A stretch of DNA of 64,000 nucleotides from the human T2T-CHM13v2.0 reference genome, Homo sapiens, in assembly GCF_009914755.1 (NCBI RefSeq), contig NC_060930.1; one strand, given 5' to 3'. Position numbers and translations under genes: made by a program. Under the pieces are notes generated by a model. The model saw nothing but the letters and a program-made list of their open reading frames with translations. It did no database searches and was not told the origin of the DNA. This document shows, piece by piece, positions 18,957-35,900 of the stretch (positions are counted from its first letter, which is position 1; each line of letters opens with the position of its first letter).

Positions 18957-18988
18957 GAGACAGACAGACAGAGAGAGAGAGAAAGAGA
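18957..18988. repeat. (GACA)n/(GA)n microsatellite
   Basis: gagacagacagacagagagagagagaaagaga. Confidence 0.85.
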
Positions 18989-19261
18989 ATTTGCTCATTA
19001 GCCACATAAGAATTTAGGTACCCTCCACAGTTAATTTTTGTTGAAATGACTACTTCAGTGTTGTCCTTGCATGAATATGCTTGGTGTGTTTAATGAGCGT
19101 GTAAGGGCCTGCGGAAGGAATCACTTTTGGATATACTGACAATAATCACATTTCTGGAACTGCCTTGGTATCTTCATCAAAGCACTTCTATATCGTAAAA
19201 GTTCTGCTGAAGTGTCCAGTTTACCCTTCCAAATAACCAATCATACACAGCTTTAATGCTA

Positions 19262-21466
<2,205 letters not shown>

Positions 21467-21603
21467 TGCTAGTCACTGGAGCCACAACCCCTGAGTTATA
21501 ATCTTGTTCTCTTTGGCTTATGAGCTGTGTGTCTTATTTTGCCCATTTATCAATCAAATTATTAATAAAGGTTACTTCATAAAATTGTCAGTTATTGTCA
21601 CTA

Positions 21604-21899
21604 TTTTTTTTTTTTTTTGAGGCAGAGTCTCACACTGTCGCCCAGGCTGGATTGCAGTGGCCTGATCTTGGCTCACTGCAAGCTCCGCCTCCCAGGTTCA
21701 CGCCATTCTCCTGCCTCAGCCTCCTGAGTAGCTGGGACTACAGGTGCCCGCCACCACTTCTGGCTAATTTTTTGTATTTTTAGTAGATACGGGGTTTCAT
21801 CGTGTTAGCCAGGATGGTCTCGATCTCCTGACCTCGTGATCCGCCCGCCTTGGCCTCCCAAAGTGCTGGGATTACAGGCGTGAGCCACCAAGCCTGGCC
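21604..21899 (-). mobile_element. Alu (AluY-like)
   Basis: gcaagctccgcctcc, gtgttagccaggatggtctcgatctcctgacctcgtga. Confidence 0.94.
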
Positions 21900-22229
21900 T
21901 TATCACTGTTATTCTTTTTATATCTGTGGCACCCATCACTTCCACCCTTCATGATTCATTTAAGCCAAGTCAAATAAAAAACCTTTTAATATTTTGCTTT
22001 TATGTGAATTATTTCCTGATACAAATATTTATCAATTATCATTGCCATATTTTAAATGTCTTTTTATAAATATTTTTTAAGGTTTAGAAGGAACCAAAAT
22101 ATTAGTAAAAAATTGGGGTAAATTAGCAATTTAAAAGTGCTGTCATCTAAAGAAAAACAATTCTCTATTTTAAGGGAAATTTTATTTTAGAAGATATTAA
22201 TTATTCTGTGCTTATTGTACGTGCCTATC

Positions 22230-22390
22230 TGAAACTTTGCAGTATGTATAATATTATTAGCCTCATTTTGCAAATAAAAAACAGTCTTTGAGAGGTAAAG
22301 TAACTGGCCTAAGGTCATACAGATTAGTAAGTGGCAGCTAAAACTAGAGGCAGGCTTGCTACTTTCAGTCGTCAGAACCCTTTCCCATCA
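22230..22390 (-). mobile_element. MIR fragment
   Basis: attattagcctcattttgcaaat...gagaggtaaagtaactggcctaaggtcatacag..agtaagtggcag. Confidence 0.75.
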
Positions 22391-22489
22391 AGTTGCTTAC
22401 AACATACCACAGGGTAATTCCAAAAGTAAAAGTACAGAATTATAAAAATGTATAGCCATGCATATAGTAATAATGTTAATTTAGGAATT

Positions 22490-22873
22490 TGCTATGGATG
22501 GAACTGTTGAAGCCCTAACCCCTAATGTGACTGCATCTGAACACAAGGCCTTTTGAGGTAATTAAGGTCATTTTGGTCTTAAGGTTGGGTTCTGATCTCC
22601 TAAGACTGGCGTCACTACAAGAAGAGACACCGGAGAGCTCTCTTTCTCTCCATCTCTTTTCCTCTCTCTTGCAAGCACTCCCGCCAGCTGCCCACAATAT
22701 GAGGACAGTGAGAAGACTGTCACCTGCAAGCCATGAAGCGAGTCCTCACCAGAAATGGAGCCTGTCAGACCTTGGTCTGAGACTTCTAGCCTCTGGAACT
22801 TTCTGAAAATAAACTTCTGTTGTTTAAACCATCCACTGTATGGTATTTTCCCACGGCAGGTTGAGGTAATACA
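22490..22873 (+). mobile_element. MLT1A-type MaLR solo LTR
   Basis: tgctatgg...gaagccctaacccctaatgtgactg...gacttctagcctctggaact...aataaacttctgttgtttaa...taataca. Confidence 0.8.
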
Positions 22874-23874
22874 GAGCTTTACTGTCATCCTCAGAAGCAT
22901 CAACTGGATTTGTATACATTATGATGAAAAAGACCTGAAAATTTCACACAGATTAAATGCTTTCACTTATTTCTCAGTTTTATACTAGTGCTTTCTTTAG
23001 ACTCTTCAAATTGCATGTCCTTCCTTATGTTCCCTGGGCATTGACTTATTAGTTCCTGGGTAAAATTTAACAAAGGCTATGCCACAGGTCTAGGATTAGT
23101 CATTTTCACAATCTTGGATTTCTCAATAACTATGACTACATTCCCCTTAAATATGAGTTCCTTAGAAAATCTGTTTTTATTATTTGGACATAGTGCCTGG
23201 TGATAATAGACAGCCTATGCTTTTTTGTCTTTCCCCTGAACTAGAATTCAAATGAAGGATATGCTAAACACAGCTGTTGCTGTGTATAATGACATTCAGT
23301 ATGTGGATGCTGCATCCAGATTCCATTTTAAGGCAGCCATCTGTCCTTTAGCAAGCAAAATAACAGAAGATTTATACCTTAATAAAATCACACACATAAG
23401 TGCACCCCACACTCCTTCATGTGCCCTCCATGTAATTTCACATTTGTTAGTGAATTTTCTGTAGTATTTTTCTAGCTTTAAGACTATTTGAGGTGAAGTT
23501 CTGGACCTGCTAAGCCTGAGCACAAGGGTTTTAGCATAATATATTTGGACTCATGATTTTCAGTAAATCTTCATAGATTGACATGAATGTCATGAAATTT
23601 AAAAGATTAAGAAACATTCCTTCTCTATTTTTCCAGGCCTGTACAGACTAATATTTGTTTAGCACTGCAGAGCTTATAAAACCTTCTCCCTTCTTATTTA
23701 ATTTATATATCCAGACCTACCTGCGGAGTTGCTTAAGGTCAGAAAATCCACTAGCAAAGAAGCCAGGGCTCAAAATAATAGGTTATTTCTCCAAATTCCT
23801 TGGTTTTCTCATCATCCTGCACAGTCACCTATTAAGCTATGTACTGAATTATTCTATATTATTTTACTTAATTA

Positions 23875-23990
23875 TTGATAATAATACTTTATTGAACCTT
23901 TATTTTGTGCCATGCATTTTTACTTTATATTTTGAATAAGTAATTCTGCTTAATCCTTACAATAACCTGATGATGTAGACACCGTTTTTA
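23875..23990 (-). mobile_element. MIR fragment
   Basis: tttattgaacc...tgtgcca...ttaatccttacaataacctgatgatgtag. Confidence 0.65.
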
Positions 23991-24384
23991 AAAATATACT
24001 CTCTAATATAAGAAGTTATAGAAACAATTGTCTACATGCAGAATATATGCCCACATTCTTTCTCAAATACAAATGAACAGAATCACTTTATTTTTCTTTT
24101 TGTAGTAAAGAAAATTTAATAATTTTTTAAAGTTAGTGTAACAAATTTACTATGTTTTAAAAAGTAAAGTTTTAAAACTGTATAAACTCAGAACACTAAT
24201 TTGTTTGCTAATTAATTTGCATTTCTAAATGATACTGTCCTCTTCTTTTAACTTCCTGTTAACTCAAGTTAATATTTGACTTTTCTATTTGACTTTCATA
24301 ATTCTGAAGCATAAAAGTATAAAAATATTGGGTAGGAACTATTTTTCATCCTCCATATAATAAAACATTTCAACTAGTTGACCT

Positions 24385-24506
24385 TTCACTCAGTAAGTAA
24401 TATTGAGTGTCTATCATGTGCTGGACACTGTTATGAGCACCAGAACTAAAGCAGAGAAAACACAGACCAAAAAACCTCCCCTCATACAGTGTCTTCTCTA
24501 GTGGAG
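24385..24506 (-). mobile_element. L2 3' end fragment
   Basis: tcactcagtaagtaatattgagtgtctatcatgtgctggacactg...ccctcat...tctagtgg. Confidence 0.75.
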
Positions 24507-24619
24507 TCATCGATTGTTTTCATGCATTACTATTCTCTTGTCATTGTATGAAAAGCTGGCATATCTTTCTGTTGGTGATCTGGAAGGTGATTGGGTCATT
24601 TATAAACATGTGTATTCTA

Positions 24620-24784
24620 GAGCCCTGCTACTCAAATTGCAACCTACAGACCACCAGCACTGACATCATTTTGTTAGAGATGCCAAACCTCAGGGCCCAT
24701 AACAGATCTACTGAATACAAATCTACATTTAAACTAGATCCCAAGGTAATTTTTGTTCACACTGAAATTTAAGAAGTGCTACTG
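24620..24784. mobile_element. MER5A-like hAT MITE
   Basis: ctgctactcaaa...accagca...ttgttagagatgc...tctactgaat...tttaagaagtgctactg. Confidence 0.75.
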
Positions 24785-26873
24785 TATAGGTATTCGATAA
24801 ATGTTTTCACCTGAGATATGTTTATCTCTAGGTGGTCCTCAAACCACCTTTGTGATATACAAATGCATCAAAATGTGTCTTCAATTTGACCATAACACAT
24901 TCAGTCTCTCTTACAGTTGCAAAGAGCCAACAACTAATGATTTTTTTATTGAATGAATAAAAAATGATCAAACAAATTTCACTTATACTATATATTTAAA
25001 AAGTAACTTCAATTAAGTTAGCAATTTTGAATTATGCAATTTATTACAATGGGGAACAATATACTCTGTTCACATAAAATCCTTTTTTTATCTATACACT
25101 GTAGAACCTGATATATAATGAATGCTAAAGCTGTCAAAAGTTAAGTATTCCCCTAAACTTAAAAATATAGACATCTATGTTACGTTCCTGTCTACCTGTA
25201 TTTCTTGACATTGTTAAAAAAAAAAGGATAAGCTTTTTTTAAACTAATATACCACTGCTTCTACAGAAATTGACGTATAACCCACAGAAATATATTCGCT
25301 GTTTGCCTTACCTTTTGCACTCTACATACCAAGCAAACAAAATTTGCACACACTTGCACTAGCAGCTTTGCATCTATCTATTTTTAGGACAGACAGCTAC
25401 ATCTTTCTCTCTGCACTGCAGGGAAACTGAACATTTGTGGGAAAGTGTAGTGCATTAATCCTGTTTAATATTCCAGGACTCACACAGACAATTAATTGTG
25501 TACTGAAAAGGCAGACTAATAAATTTTTCTTCTTCAAAACACAGTAAATAAGTTTAATTGTATTTTTCTCACAAACTGTTGTAAGATCAAATAGATAAAT
25601 CAAATAAATTGTGAAAATGACCAATGTTTGAATGTCATATTCTTTCCTTATTATATTTTTTCTTCCATGTGTAATTTGCTTATTGTAATCAATTTTTGAA
25701 AAGTTGAAAAAAAAGTGCAACAAAATGTATAAATTATATGTGTTCTATGATTCTGCACCATGAAAATATATGTAACTTTTTATCTGTGGCATGATTATGA
25801 AACCTTTTGAGTGTAAATCTGTTTTTTTAACTTTTTATTTTGTAATAAATAAAGACCTAGAGAAGATAGCAAAGAGGGGAAAAGACAGTCCCATATATCC
25901 ATCACCTGGTCCCATCTTAGCTTTCCCTAATACTAGCATCTTCATAACCATGGGACAATAATCACACTTAAGATACTGGCATTGATATACTGCTACTAAT
26001 TAAGCTACAGACATTGTTCAGATTTTCTCAGTTTTTCTACTTATGTGTTTCCTATTTTTATGTTTAGGATCAAATCTAAGCTATCATATTATGTATAGTT
26101 GGCAAGTATTCATTGTCTTCTCTAATTTGTGACATTTTCTCCATCTTTGTTTTTCATGGCCTGGCTTTTTTTTAAAGAATACTTGCAGTTGTGTAATTAA
26201 ATGTCCTTCAATTTATTTTTGGCTGCTGTTTTCTCATATTAGATGTAGGGTATGCATTTTGGGGAAGCATAGCATAGAAATGATATGCCCTTCTCCTTCC
26301 CTTCTTCTTCTTTGTGTCAGGGAATACATGATAATCACTGTCTTACTACTGGTAATGTTAACCTTGATATCTTGGTAAAAGCAGCATCCATTAGGTTCCT
26401 TCTCTCCACTGTAGAGTTGCTTTTTTTAAACCTGCTGTACTCTATTAGAAGTGAGAAAGTAAGTACACAGCCCATACCCAAAGACAGGGAAATCAAGCTC
26501 ACCTCTTGAAGGAACCATAGAAGTCACCATATTAGCAAATATTTTAGAGAAGAAGCTTTAAGGACATGCAAATATCCTATTTCTTCTTAAAGTTTCTTAA
26601 GTTTCTTCCACTAATTCTAGCAGTCGTCTCTTGCATGCGGCATTGTTTACTGTGATGCTTTTGGGGTGATTTTTGTACTCCTTCACTCCTACATGTATTC
26701 GAATTCTTCTGGAAGTTAAAGTTGCTCCTTTCTCCTGACTTATTTATTGACTTATTTTCTTATATCGCTATAGATTCAAGAGAATTTTATTCTTTGAGTT
26801 ATAATCCAAGACTGTCATTATGTACTTTATGGCTCAAATTGTTCCTGAGTTAATCTGTGGGAACTTTTTCTAG

Positions 26874-27082
26874 TTGACTTCTGTGTGGTGGTCCTCCTGC
26901 TCTTCTGCCTCCTTCTCCTCCTCCTCTTCCACTTCCTCCTCCTCCTCCTCCATTGGCTTCTGGGTGGTGATCCTCCTGCTCCTCCTCCTTTCTCCTCCCT
27001 CTTTTCCCTCCCCTTTCTTCCTCCTCCCGTTCTCCTTCTCCTTCCCCTTCTCTCTCCTCTTTCTCCTTTTTCTCTCCTCTTG
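26874..27082. repeat. Polypyrimidine (CCT/CT-rich) low-complexity tract with a 79-bp-period duplicated seed
   Basis: About 200 nt, almost only C/T; ttgacttctgtgtggtggtcctcctgctc (26874) repeats as ttggcttctgggtggtgatcctcctgctc (26953). Confidence 0.9.
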
Positions 27083-28260
27083 TCAATTAGTATATTTTAA
27101 AGATTCTACCTTACCTCCTGGCTTGGCAACTTGTTTTGGGTTTGTCTTGTCTTTCCCTGCTACAACCCTAGCACCAATAGTTTCTCCAAGAAACCCTGGT
27201 TCAATTAATTAGAGAATTATATTTAGAAACTATAATATGGGTTCTAGGTGTTTTCTTTGCTGGTGGGGAGCCTGCTTCTAGGTTCTCCGTGTTTTGGACT
27301 AAGAAATGTATATATGTATACTAAGTCATATATATACACATATCTGTGCCTATTTCTGTATCTATGCATATATTATAATAAACGTGTTCATACTGATATC
27401 TCCAAGTTCAACCCAGCACTACATCTATCATTCCCCTTTATTTACAACCTCTTTCTCCTACAGTAAAAAAATGTGGCTCACATTATCTATATTATATTTA
27501 AACATTTGTTCAACAATAATATGTTAAGTATAGTGGTTCAGAATTGCTGATCTATAACCTTTAGGCTATTTTTTTTCACAAAGGCACAGTATTTGGATAC
27601 AATCATACTTGCCTTTTGTCTTACGGTATCTAGTAAAAAAAAACCACCATTTTATGAGTTACTTGAGGTAGCTTTTTTATTCTCCTCTTGCTTCACTGTG
27701 ATTATATCACACATTAGCAATATAGTCAGATATATTGGCCAAAGTCTGTATTTCGTATTAGGTTTCTCCGGTCAATTGGGTTTCTCAAAACTTTGTATAC
27801 AGTAAAATTCACTCTTTTGGGTGGATAGTTCCGTATGTTTGACAAACGCATTGATATATGTGTCTACCACCACAATATCATACGGAATAACTTTATTATC
27901 TCCAAAAGGCTCTTGTGTTGCTTCTTTGTAGTCAACTCGTCTTCCTGCATTCAATTCTTAGCAATCACTGACTTGTTTTCTGTCTCTATAGTTTGCCTTT
28001 TCAGAATGTCATATAATTGAAATCATACAATTGGGGCTTGTTCCTTTCATGGTAAAATGCATTGAAAATGCATCCATGTTGTGTAAATCCATGTTAATTA
28101 TTTTTTATAGCTGAGTAACATTTCACTGCATGGATGTGTCTACGTGTGTTAATCATTCATCTTTTGAAAGTCATTTGGGTTGTTCCCAGTTTCAGTTATG
28201 AATAAAACTCCTATAAATTATTGCATACAGACTTTTGGGTGAACATATTTACTAGGTTAA

Positions 28261-28618
28261 TGTATTAGTCCATTTTCACACTGCTGATAAAAACATACCC
28301 AAGACTGGGTAATTTATAAAGAAAAAGAGGTTTAATGGACTCACAGTTGCACTTGGCTGGGGAGGCCTCACAATCATGACAGAAGGCAAAAGACATGTCT
28401 TACATGGCAGCAGACAAGAGAAAATGAGAGCAAAGTGAATGGGGAACCTGTTATAAAACCATCAGATCTCATGAGACTTATTTACTACCAGAACAGTATG
28501 GGGGAAACCACCCCCTCTATTCAATTATCTCCCACCAGGTCCCTCCCACAACATGTTGGAATTATGGGAGCTACAATTCAAGATGAGATTTGGGTGGGGA
28601 CACAGCCAAACCACATCA
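28261..28618 (-). mobile_element. THE1C-like MaLR solo LTR
   Basis: tgtattagtccattttcacactgctgat...acagccaaaccacatca; perfect 5-bp TSD gttaa. Confidence 0.93.
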
Positions 28619-30257
28619 GTTAAATAACTTGTGGTGAAATTACTAAGTCTATGGTTAAGTGTATAACTTTATAACAACTATGAAAACCACCAGTCTTTAT
28701 TCCAACGTGGCGATACCATTTCTCCATCCCTTGTGGCAACATATGAGAGTTCCACTTCTCAGCACCTTGAAAAGCTCTTATTTTCAGGTTGGTTTTTTTT
28801 CTTTTGGTTTTAGACATTATAATATATGAACAGTAATATTTCAATATGGTTTTAATTTCAATTTCCTTGAAGATTAATGACGTGGAGAATCTTTATGTTT
28901 ATTTGCCATCCATATATGTTGTTTTGTGAAGAGTCTGTTCAGATTCTTGCAAGTAATGTCATAGGAATTGTTTGTTTTATAATGGTAAGTTCAACAATTT
29001 TTTATATTCTTTTAGCCTATTCTAGAGAGAATTCCTTCATCAGGCATAAGGGCTGCAAATATTTCATCCCAGGTTTTGGCTTGTCTTTTCATTTTCATAA
29101 CAGTATCTTTCACAGAGAAAAAGTTTTTAATTTTTATACAATCTGGCTTATCATTTTTAAGGATTCTTCTTTTACTTTCATATCTAAAATGTCTTTGCTG
29201 AACTCAAGGACATAAAGATTCCCCCTATGTTATCTTCTAAAATGTTTGTAGGTTTACATTTAGACCTATGTTTCATTTGAAATTAATATTGTACAAGATG
29301 TGACATAAGGTTTTTAAGGTTTTTGTTGTTCTTCACTGAATTACCTTTAGAACTTTATCAAAAACAAGTACATTTTTATCTGTGTAAGTCTATTTCTGGA
29401 CTCTATGTTCTTTCTAATAATGAATGTGTCTATCCTTGTGCTGATATGTACCAAACTGTCTTGATTACTGTAGCTTTATAGGAAGTCTTAAGATCAGAGA
29501 TGACAAACCTCCAATTTTATTTTTCTTTTTTAATACTGTTTTGGCTCTGCCTTAATATAAACATATTATAACTAACATAAATGTTAGTGTCATGTTGTTA
29601 TATTCACAATTTTATTACTAGGATGTTAATTGGAATAGAATTAAATCCATAAGTAAAATTAAGGAGAATTGACATCACCACATTTTCAATCCTCTAACTA
29701 ATGAACAATTTACATCTCTTAATTTGTTTGCCTGTTTAATTTTGTTAACTAGTGTTTCATAGTTAACACAGATACTGTATTTTTTGTTAAACTGATAACT
29801 TTTCTATTTTGGTGTTATACTAAAAAGGTATTCTTTATTTGAAAATTTGATTATTCATTGCTAATATATGAGAATATAATAGACATTTATATTGACATTG
29901 TAACATAGAAAAGTGTATTTTATTTTTTCTTGCCTTATTGCATTTTCTAGGACTTCCAGTAAAATGTTTATAGGAATGGTAAGAAAGGAAAACATTGCTT
30001 TGTTCTCAAACTTGGGGTGGGGGACATTCATTATGTTAACATTAAGTATTATGCTAGCTATAGGCTTTTTGAAAATTTTATTAGCTTAATATCATTTTCT
30101 TTTCTTGATTAATAGTTTCTATTATGAATGGATATCAAATTTTGTCAAATATTTTCTGCACCTATTAAGATTAGCATTCGGTTTACCTTCATTCATCTAT
30201 TAACATGATGAATACAATTACTAATTGCCAAATATTGAAGCAAACTTGTATTCCTAG

Positions 30258-30620
<363 letters not shown>

Positions 30621-31952
30621 TAATAAAATTTCATTGAAGGTTTTGTCTATAGTCATTACAGATATTGGTATGTAGTTTTCTCATTTTGAAATGTCTTTTT
30701 CTGGTTTTGGTAAGATGGTAATGGTGACCTGGTAAAAGGAGTGAGGGAGCATTTTCTCCTCGCCTGTTATATTAGAAGAGATTATGTAGAATTAGTATTG
30801 TTTCTTCATTACATGTTTGGTAGAACTCACCAATATAACCACCTACGTTTTCTCTTTTGGAAGGATTTTAATGAATAATTCAATGTATTTAAAGCACATA
30901 TATAAAGCTATTCAGGCTATTTATTTATCCTTGAGTATGTTTTGATAGTTGTGCCTTTCAAGGAATTTTCTTTTCACCTAAGTTGTCAAATGTCTGGGCA
31001 TAGTGTTGTTCTTAGTATTCCCTTTGTAATCAGCAGAGGTGATACTTGTTTTATTCACGACATTGTATCCTCTCTTTTTTCTTGGCTAAACTGGCAGGCT
31101 TATCAATTTTATTGATCTTTTCAAAAAAACAATGTTTGTTTTCATTGATTTTCTCTATTATTTTTCTGTGTTCAATTTCTTAGGTTTATGTGTACTACGT
31201 TCATTTTCTATTTGCTTTAGGGTTGAATGGTGCTTTTTTTCTTTAGTTTTCTAAAAAAGAGTATTATATGTATTGATTTTCAAGTGTTTCTTCTTTTCTA
31301 ATATATGCATTTAATGATATAAATTTCCCTCTAAACACTGCTTTTACTGCATCTCACATATTTTGCTACATTTTCATTTAGTTCAAAATATTTTTAACAA
31401 CCTTGACACTTCTTCTTAACATGAGTTAAGTGTGTTGTTCAAGTACAAAATATTTTGCAGTGTTCTACCCATCTTTCTGTTACTGATTTATAATTTTATT
31501 CAATTATGATTAGAGAACATAGTTTGCAGATTTTTTTGTATTTTAAAATTTTTAGTTTGTTTTAGAGGTTAGAATGTTATCTGTCCTGTGCATGTTCCCT
31601 GTGAGCTTCAAATTAATGTGATTTTTTTGGTGTTTGATGGGTGAAGTGTTTTGTAAATATCAATTATGAAATGTTGGTTAATAGTGTTTTGAGGTCATCA
31701 TACCCTAATTTTCAGCCTACTTCTTTATTAAATACTGAGATAGACATATTGCATTTTCTACCTATAATTTTGAATTTCTCTATTTCATCTTTAAGTTCCA
31801 TTCTTGTCTCATATTTTTAAAACTCTTTAAAAATTTAAGATTGTTATGTCTCGTTGGAGAATTGACCTTTTTATCATAAAGTAATCTTCCTTGTTACCTC
31901 TGATAATGTTTATTGTTTTGATGTTTGTTTGATATTAACATAGACACTCTAA

Positions 31953-32246
31953 TTTTCTTCTTCTCCTTCTTCTTTTTTTTTTTTGAGACAGGGCCTGCAG
32001 TAGTGTGATCATGGATCACTGCAGCCCCTACTTCCCAGGCTCAAGCTATCCTCCCATCTCAGCTTCCTAAATAGCTGGAACTACAAACATGTGCCACCAC
32101 ATCTAGCTATTTTTTAAAAAAATTTTTGTAGAGATTGGGTCTCACTATGTTGCCCAGGTTGGTCTTGAACTCCTGGGCCCAAGTGATCCTCCTGTCTCAG
32201 CATCCTAAAGTGCTGAGATTACAGGCATAAGCCACTACACCCGGCT
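31953..32246 (-). mobile_element. Alu (AluJ) with internal deletion
   Basis: ttttgagacagggcctgcagtagtgtgatcat...ctcactatgttgcccagg. Confidence 0.88.
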
Positions 32247-32887
32247 ATAATTCTATTTTTTATTATTTTGTGCATTATGTACCTTTTCTAATCCATTTGC
32301 TTTTCATATTTTTACGCATTTATACTTAATATGGTTTTCCTGCTGAGAGCATATACTTGCGTCTCACATTTTTATCCCATTTGACAATGTTTTAATTTAA
32401 ACTGGTGTGTTTAGAACATTTGTATTTAAAGTAAATTTGATATAGTTGGATTAAAATATACTAATCTGGTAGGTAATTTTTATTTGTTCCTTTTGTTCAT
32501 TGTTAGTTTTTTCTTCTTTTCTCATTTTTACAGATTAACTGAGCATTAAGAAATTCTAGCTTGCTTTGCTCTGTTGGCTTACAGTACTTTAAATCAGATT
32601 TAGTAAATTTATTAGGGTTTCTAATATGCATTTTAAATTAATCTGATTCTATGTTTCTATAACATTGCACTATTTTATGTATGGGTTAAAGAACTTACAC
32701 TAAATTTTTTCAATCACCCTCCCCTATCTTTGTGATGTCATTGTCAAATATTTAAATTTTACTTGTGCTATGAACATAGAGTACATCATTTCTGTTTTTT
32801 TCTCAGTTTTTGTTTGTCTAGGACAATATTTATTTCTCCCCTTTTTTGAAAAACACATTTTTGCTGGACACAGAAGTTAGGTCTGAG

Positions 32888-32914
32888 CGTGTGTGTGTGT
32901 GTGTGCGTGTGTGT
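32888..32914. repeat. (GT)n microsatellite
   Basis: cgtgtgtgtgtgtgtgtgcgtgtgtgt. Confidence 0.9.
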
Positions 32915-35900
32915 TCATTTAGCACGTTTAAAAGGACACTTCATTGTCTTCTTGGTTGTGTGGAACGTTTGAGAAGTCTGCTGTTATTTTTAACACTGCT
33001 TTTATGTAGGAAATATGTCTTTTTCTGAATGCCTAAGAGATGTTCTATTTGTCTTTGACCTTTGGCAGTTTCAACATGGCACAACTAGGCGAGGTTTTTG
33101 TTTGTGTTTTTGCTGTTGCTTTATTTGTTTTTATTCTGCTTGGTGTCCTGAGCTTCTTGAATCTGTCGTTTGGTGTCTGGCACTGATTTTGCAAAATTCT
33201 CAAAGTGTAATTGTTTTCAGCCCTTTCTGTCTTTCTTCTCTTTCTGAGTGTCAACTATGTGTATGTTAGTATATATAATATTGTCCTACAACTTTTCCTC
33301 TTTGCTTTTTTTATTTTTCCTTCTCTCTTTTCACTCTTTGTGTTTTATTTTCAGCAATTTCTATTAGGGTTATCCTCAGGTTTACTGACTTTTCTCTTGA
33401 TTGTGTTGAATCTACTAATGAGTGCTTCAAAACCATTCTTCATCCCTGTTACTGTGCTTTGACTTCTAGAATCTTCATTTGCTTCTTTCTTATAGTCAAT
33501 TGATTGCTGAAAGTATCTTTCTGGTCTTTCATACTTTATTCCACTTTTATTAAAGCTTTTAATATGTTAATCACAGTTACATTACATTCTCCTTCTGATT
33601 GTTCCAACATTTTTGTCATATATTAATCCTGTAATTATTTATTTCACTCATTAGAGTGTTATTTGTTATTTATCTTTTCATATGCCTCTAAATTTTTAGT
33701 TGACAGTCAGATACCTTGTATGGGAATTTAGAGACTGAGCATTTGATGTTTAAAGCATACTTCTTCTGCTAAACCTTTATTATACTTGCTTGCATTAACG
33801 TTTCAGGAATTGGGCTGAGTTTAAAGTTTGTTGTTGTTATGTGTATTCTCAGTAGAACACAGGCTAAAGGTAATTTACTTAATCATATAATTTCATTTCA
33901 ATTCCTGTTGTATATAATATGATTTATTTCAAATTATTAAGATTTATGCAAACTGCTTTCTTTTCTTTTGTGAAGGATGTTATCTTTGTAAGTGTACAAA
34001 CTGTGTTTCTGAGTGAGTACCTTTGGGGGTATTCACAATGTAGATTTTGTACTTATCCTGAGATATCTGAAACAATCATACTAACTTACTGTATTCAGAT
34101 AAAATAGGTCCACCAAAAATTTAACTGTTATACTTTATTTATGACATTACACAATTTTCTAGTAGGCAATTTGAATGCTTATGATTCATGTCCTAAAGGA
34201 AAATATTTAAATGTAAGAAAATATTTTAAAATAATTTAAGTCAATTAGTCTATAATGCACAAAGCAAAATCTTCTTTATATACCTAAATTAGCCAATATT
34301 TTATTAAACTGTCATAGAATAATAGCCTATACCATTATGTCACTTGTAAAACTCTAATTTTGCCTAATAAATAAAATGTCTTTTAGAAAATGCATTTGAC
34401 TATATCCTTGAATATAAAAATTATCTTGCTAAGTTTATTATTCTTTCAAAAAATTACCTTTATTTAAAACTATTGTTAAATGTTTCCTAGGAGTGCTGTT
34501 AAAAAGTGATGGGAATTAAAAACAAATAATCCTCAGGGGTAGAATATTCAAAGAAGCAAGACATTAGCATACTTCACATTTTAATTGTTTTTTTGTTAAG
34601 TATTAGTGATTAGTGCCACTGAATCTGAATCTAGGTCAAAGCCTAAAAGGTTTCAGATGTAAAAGACAAAAGGGAAAAATAACTGAACTAATGTTTATTT
34701 AGATATCCCAAACATTTAATTTCTAAATATAATGAATGTCTATTAAAATGTATTTAAAATGGAGCAATGAAAAATGTAAAGAGAATTAAAACAATTTTAC
34801 ATTCTCCTTCATCACCAGTAACTTCCACCAATAACACTATGCCCTGTATTTTGGACTGCCTTTAAAAAAATGTTTAACATTATTATGTTATGTGTTTACA
34901 TGGACAATCAACAGTTTAGGCTGATTGACAGGTATGGCAATGCAAAACAAAACACTACATGATTCACACAATGCTTGTTTGCTATGGGTTCTACTTATTT
35001 TTCAGGCAATAGCTCTAGGCTAAATTTTGGCCAAGTTGAAGTTTGTTTTCAATTCCTTCATTTTCCTAGATACAGTTAAATAATAAAATTGTCTTTATAA
35101 TCGTAATTAATAATAATCACATATATTTTAAGCCCTGGAATTAAAAAACAATTAGCCCCAAATAATAAACTTTCATTGTTGAAACTGCATAACAGTTTAA
35201 GACCAGAAATATTAGAGTCCTTTTCATTTTACCACATAGGATGGATCTACCTATAATTAATATCATTGTAAATACAGTAATGCTGAAGTACTATTTTACA
35301 CACGTGAAGACACTTCAAGATATCTTGGAATACAATTGTTTTTAGTTGAGACAAAAAAAATTCATGTTTCAATACCATGTAGACAAAAACAGTTTACATA
35401 AACACAAACATTTACAGCCACAATAATGACCAAATAAATCAAACTAAATATTTTGTCCAAAGCTTTTGGTTTGGAGGATATTTCTGATAAAAATTCCAAC
35501 TAAAAATTGCTGTCAATAGACTCTTTTAAAAAGATTGTGAAAACTGGGTATATTTGAGTTTTATTCAATTTTATTAAAACACAATACTATTAGCTTTTTA
35601 AGGTAAGAATGCTAGTTGAAGTATAATTGCAAAAAGCCCAGAATGAATTTATCTGATAAGCAGTCTCCATATATAAACAGTTTGAGTAATAAAAAACGAA
35701 AACAATAGCTTAGAAGTATTGAAGTCTTAGTATAGTATACTAGAGAGAAGTCCACTGGTTACATTTTGGGGTTTTAAAGAAATAGTATCACAATGATAAT
35801 TTTTCTTTAGAAAGCAGTATTTGTCAAGCACAAGTGAATAATAATTATAATTAACATTTGTCATGTCATATTTTTCAGAATTAAATATAAGATTGAGCTG

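Noticed and set aside
26850-27212. Glu/Gly-, Ser- and Leu-rich ORFs
   Set aside because: Products of the polypyrimidine low-complexity tract
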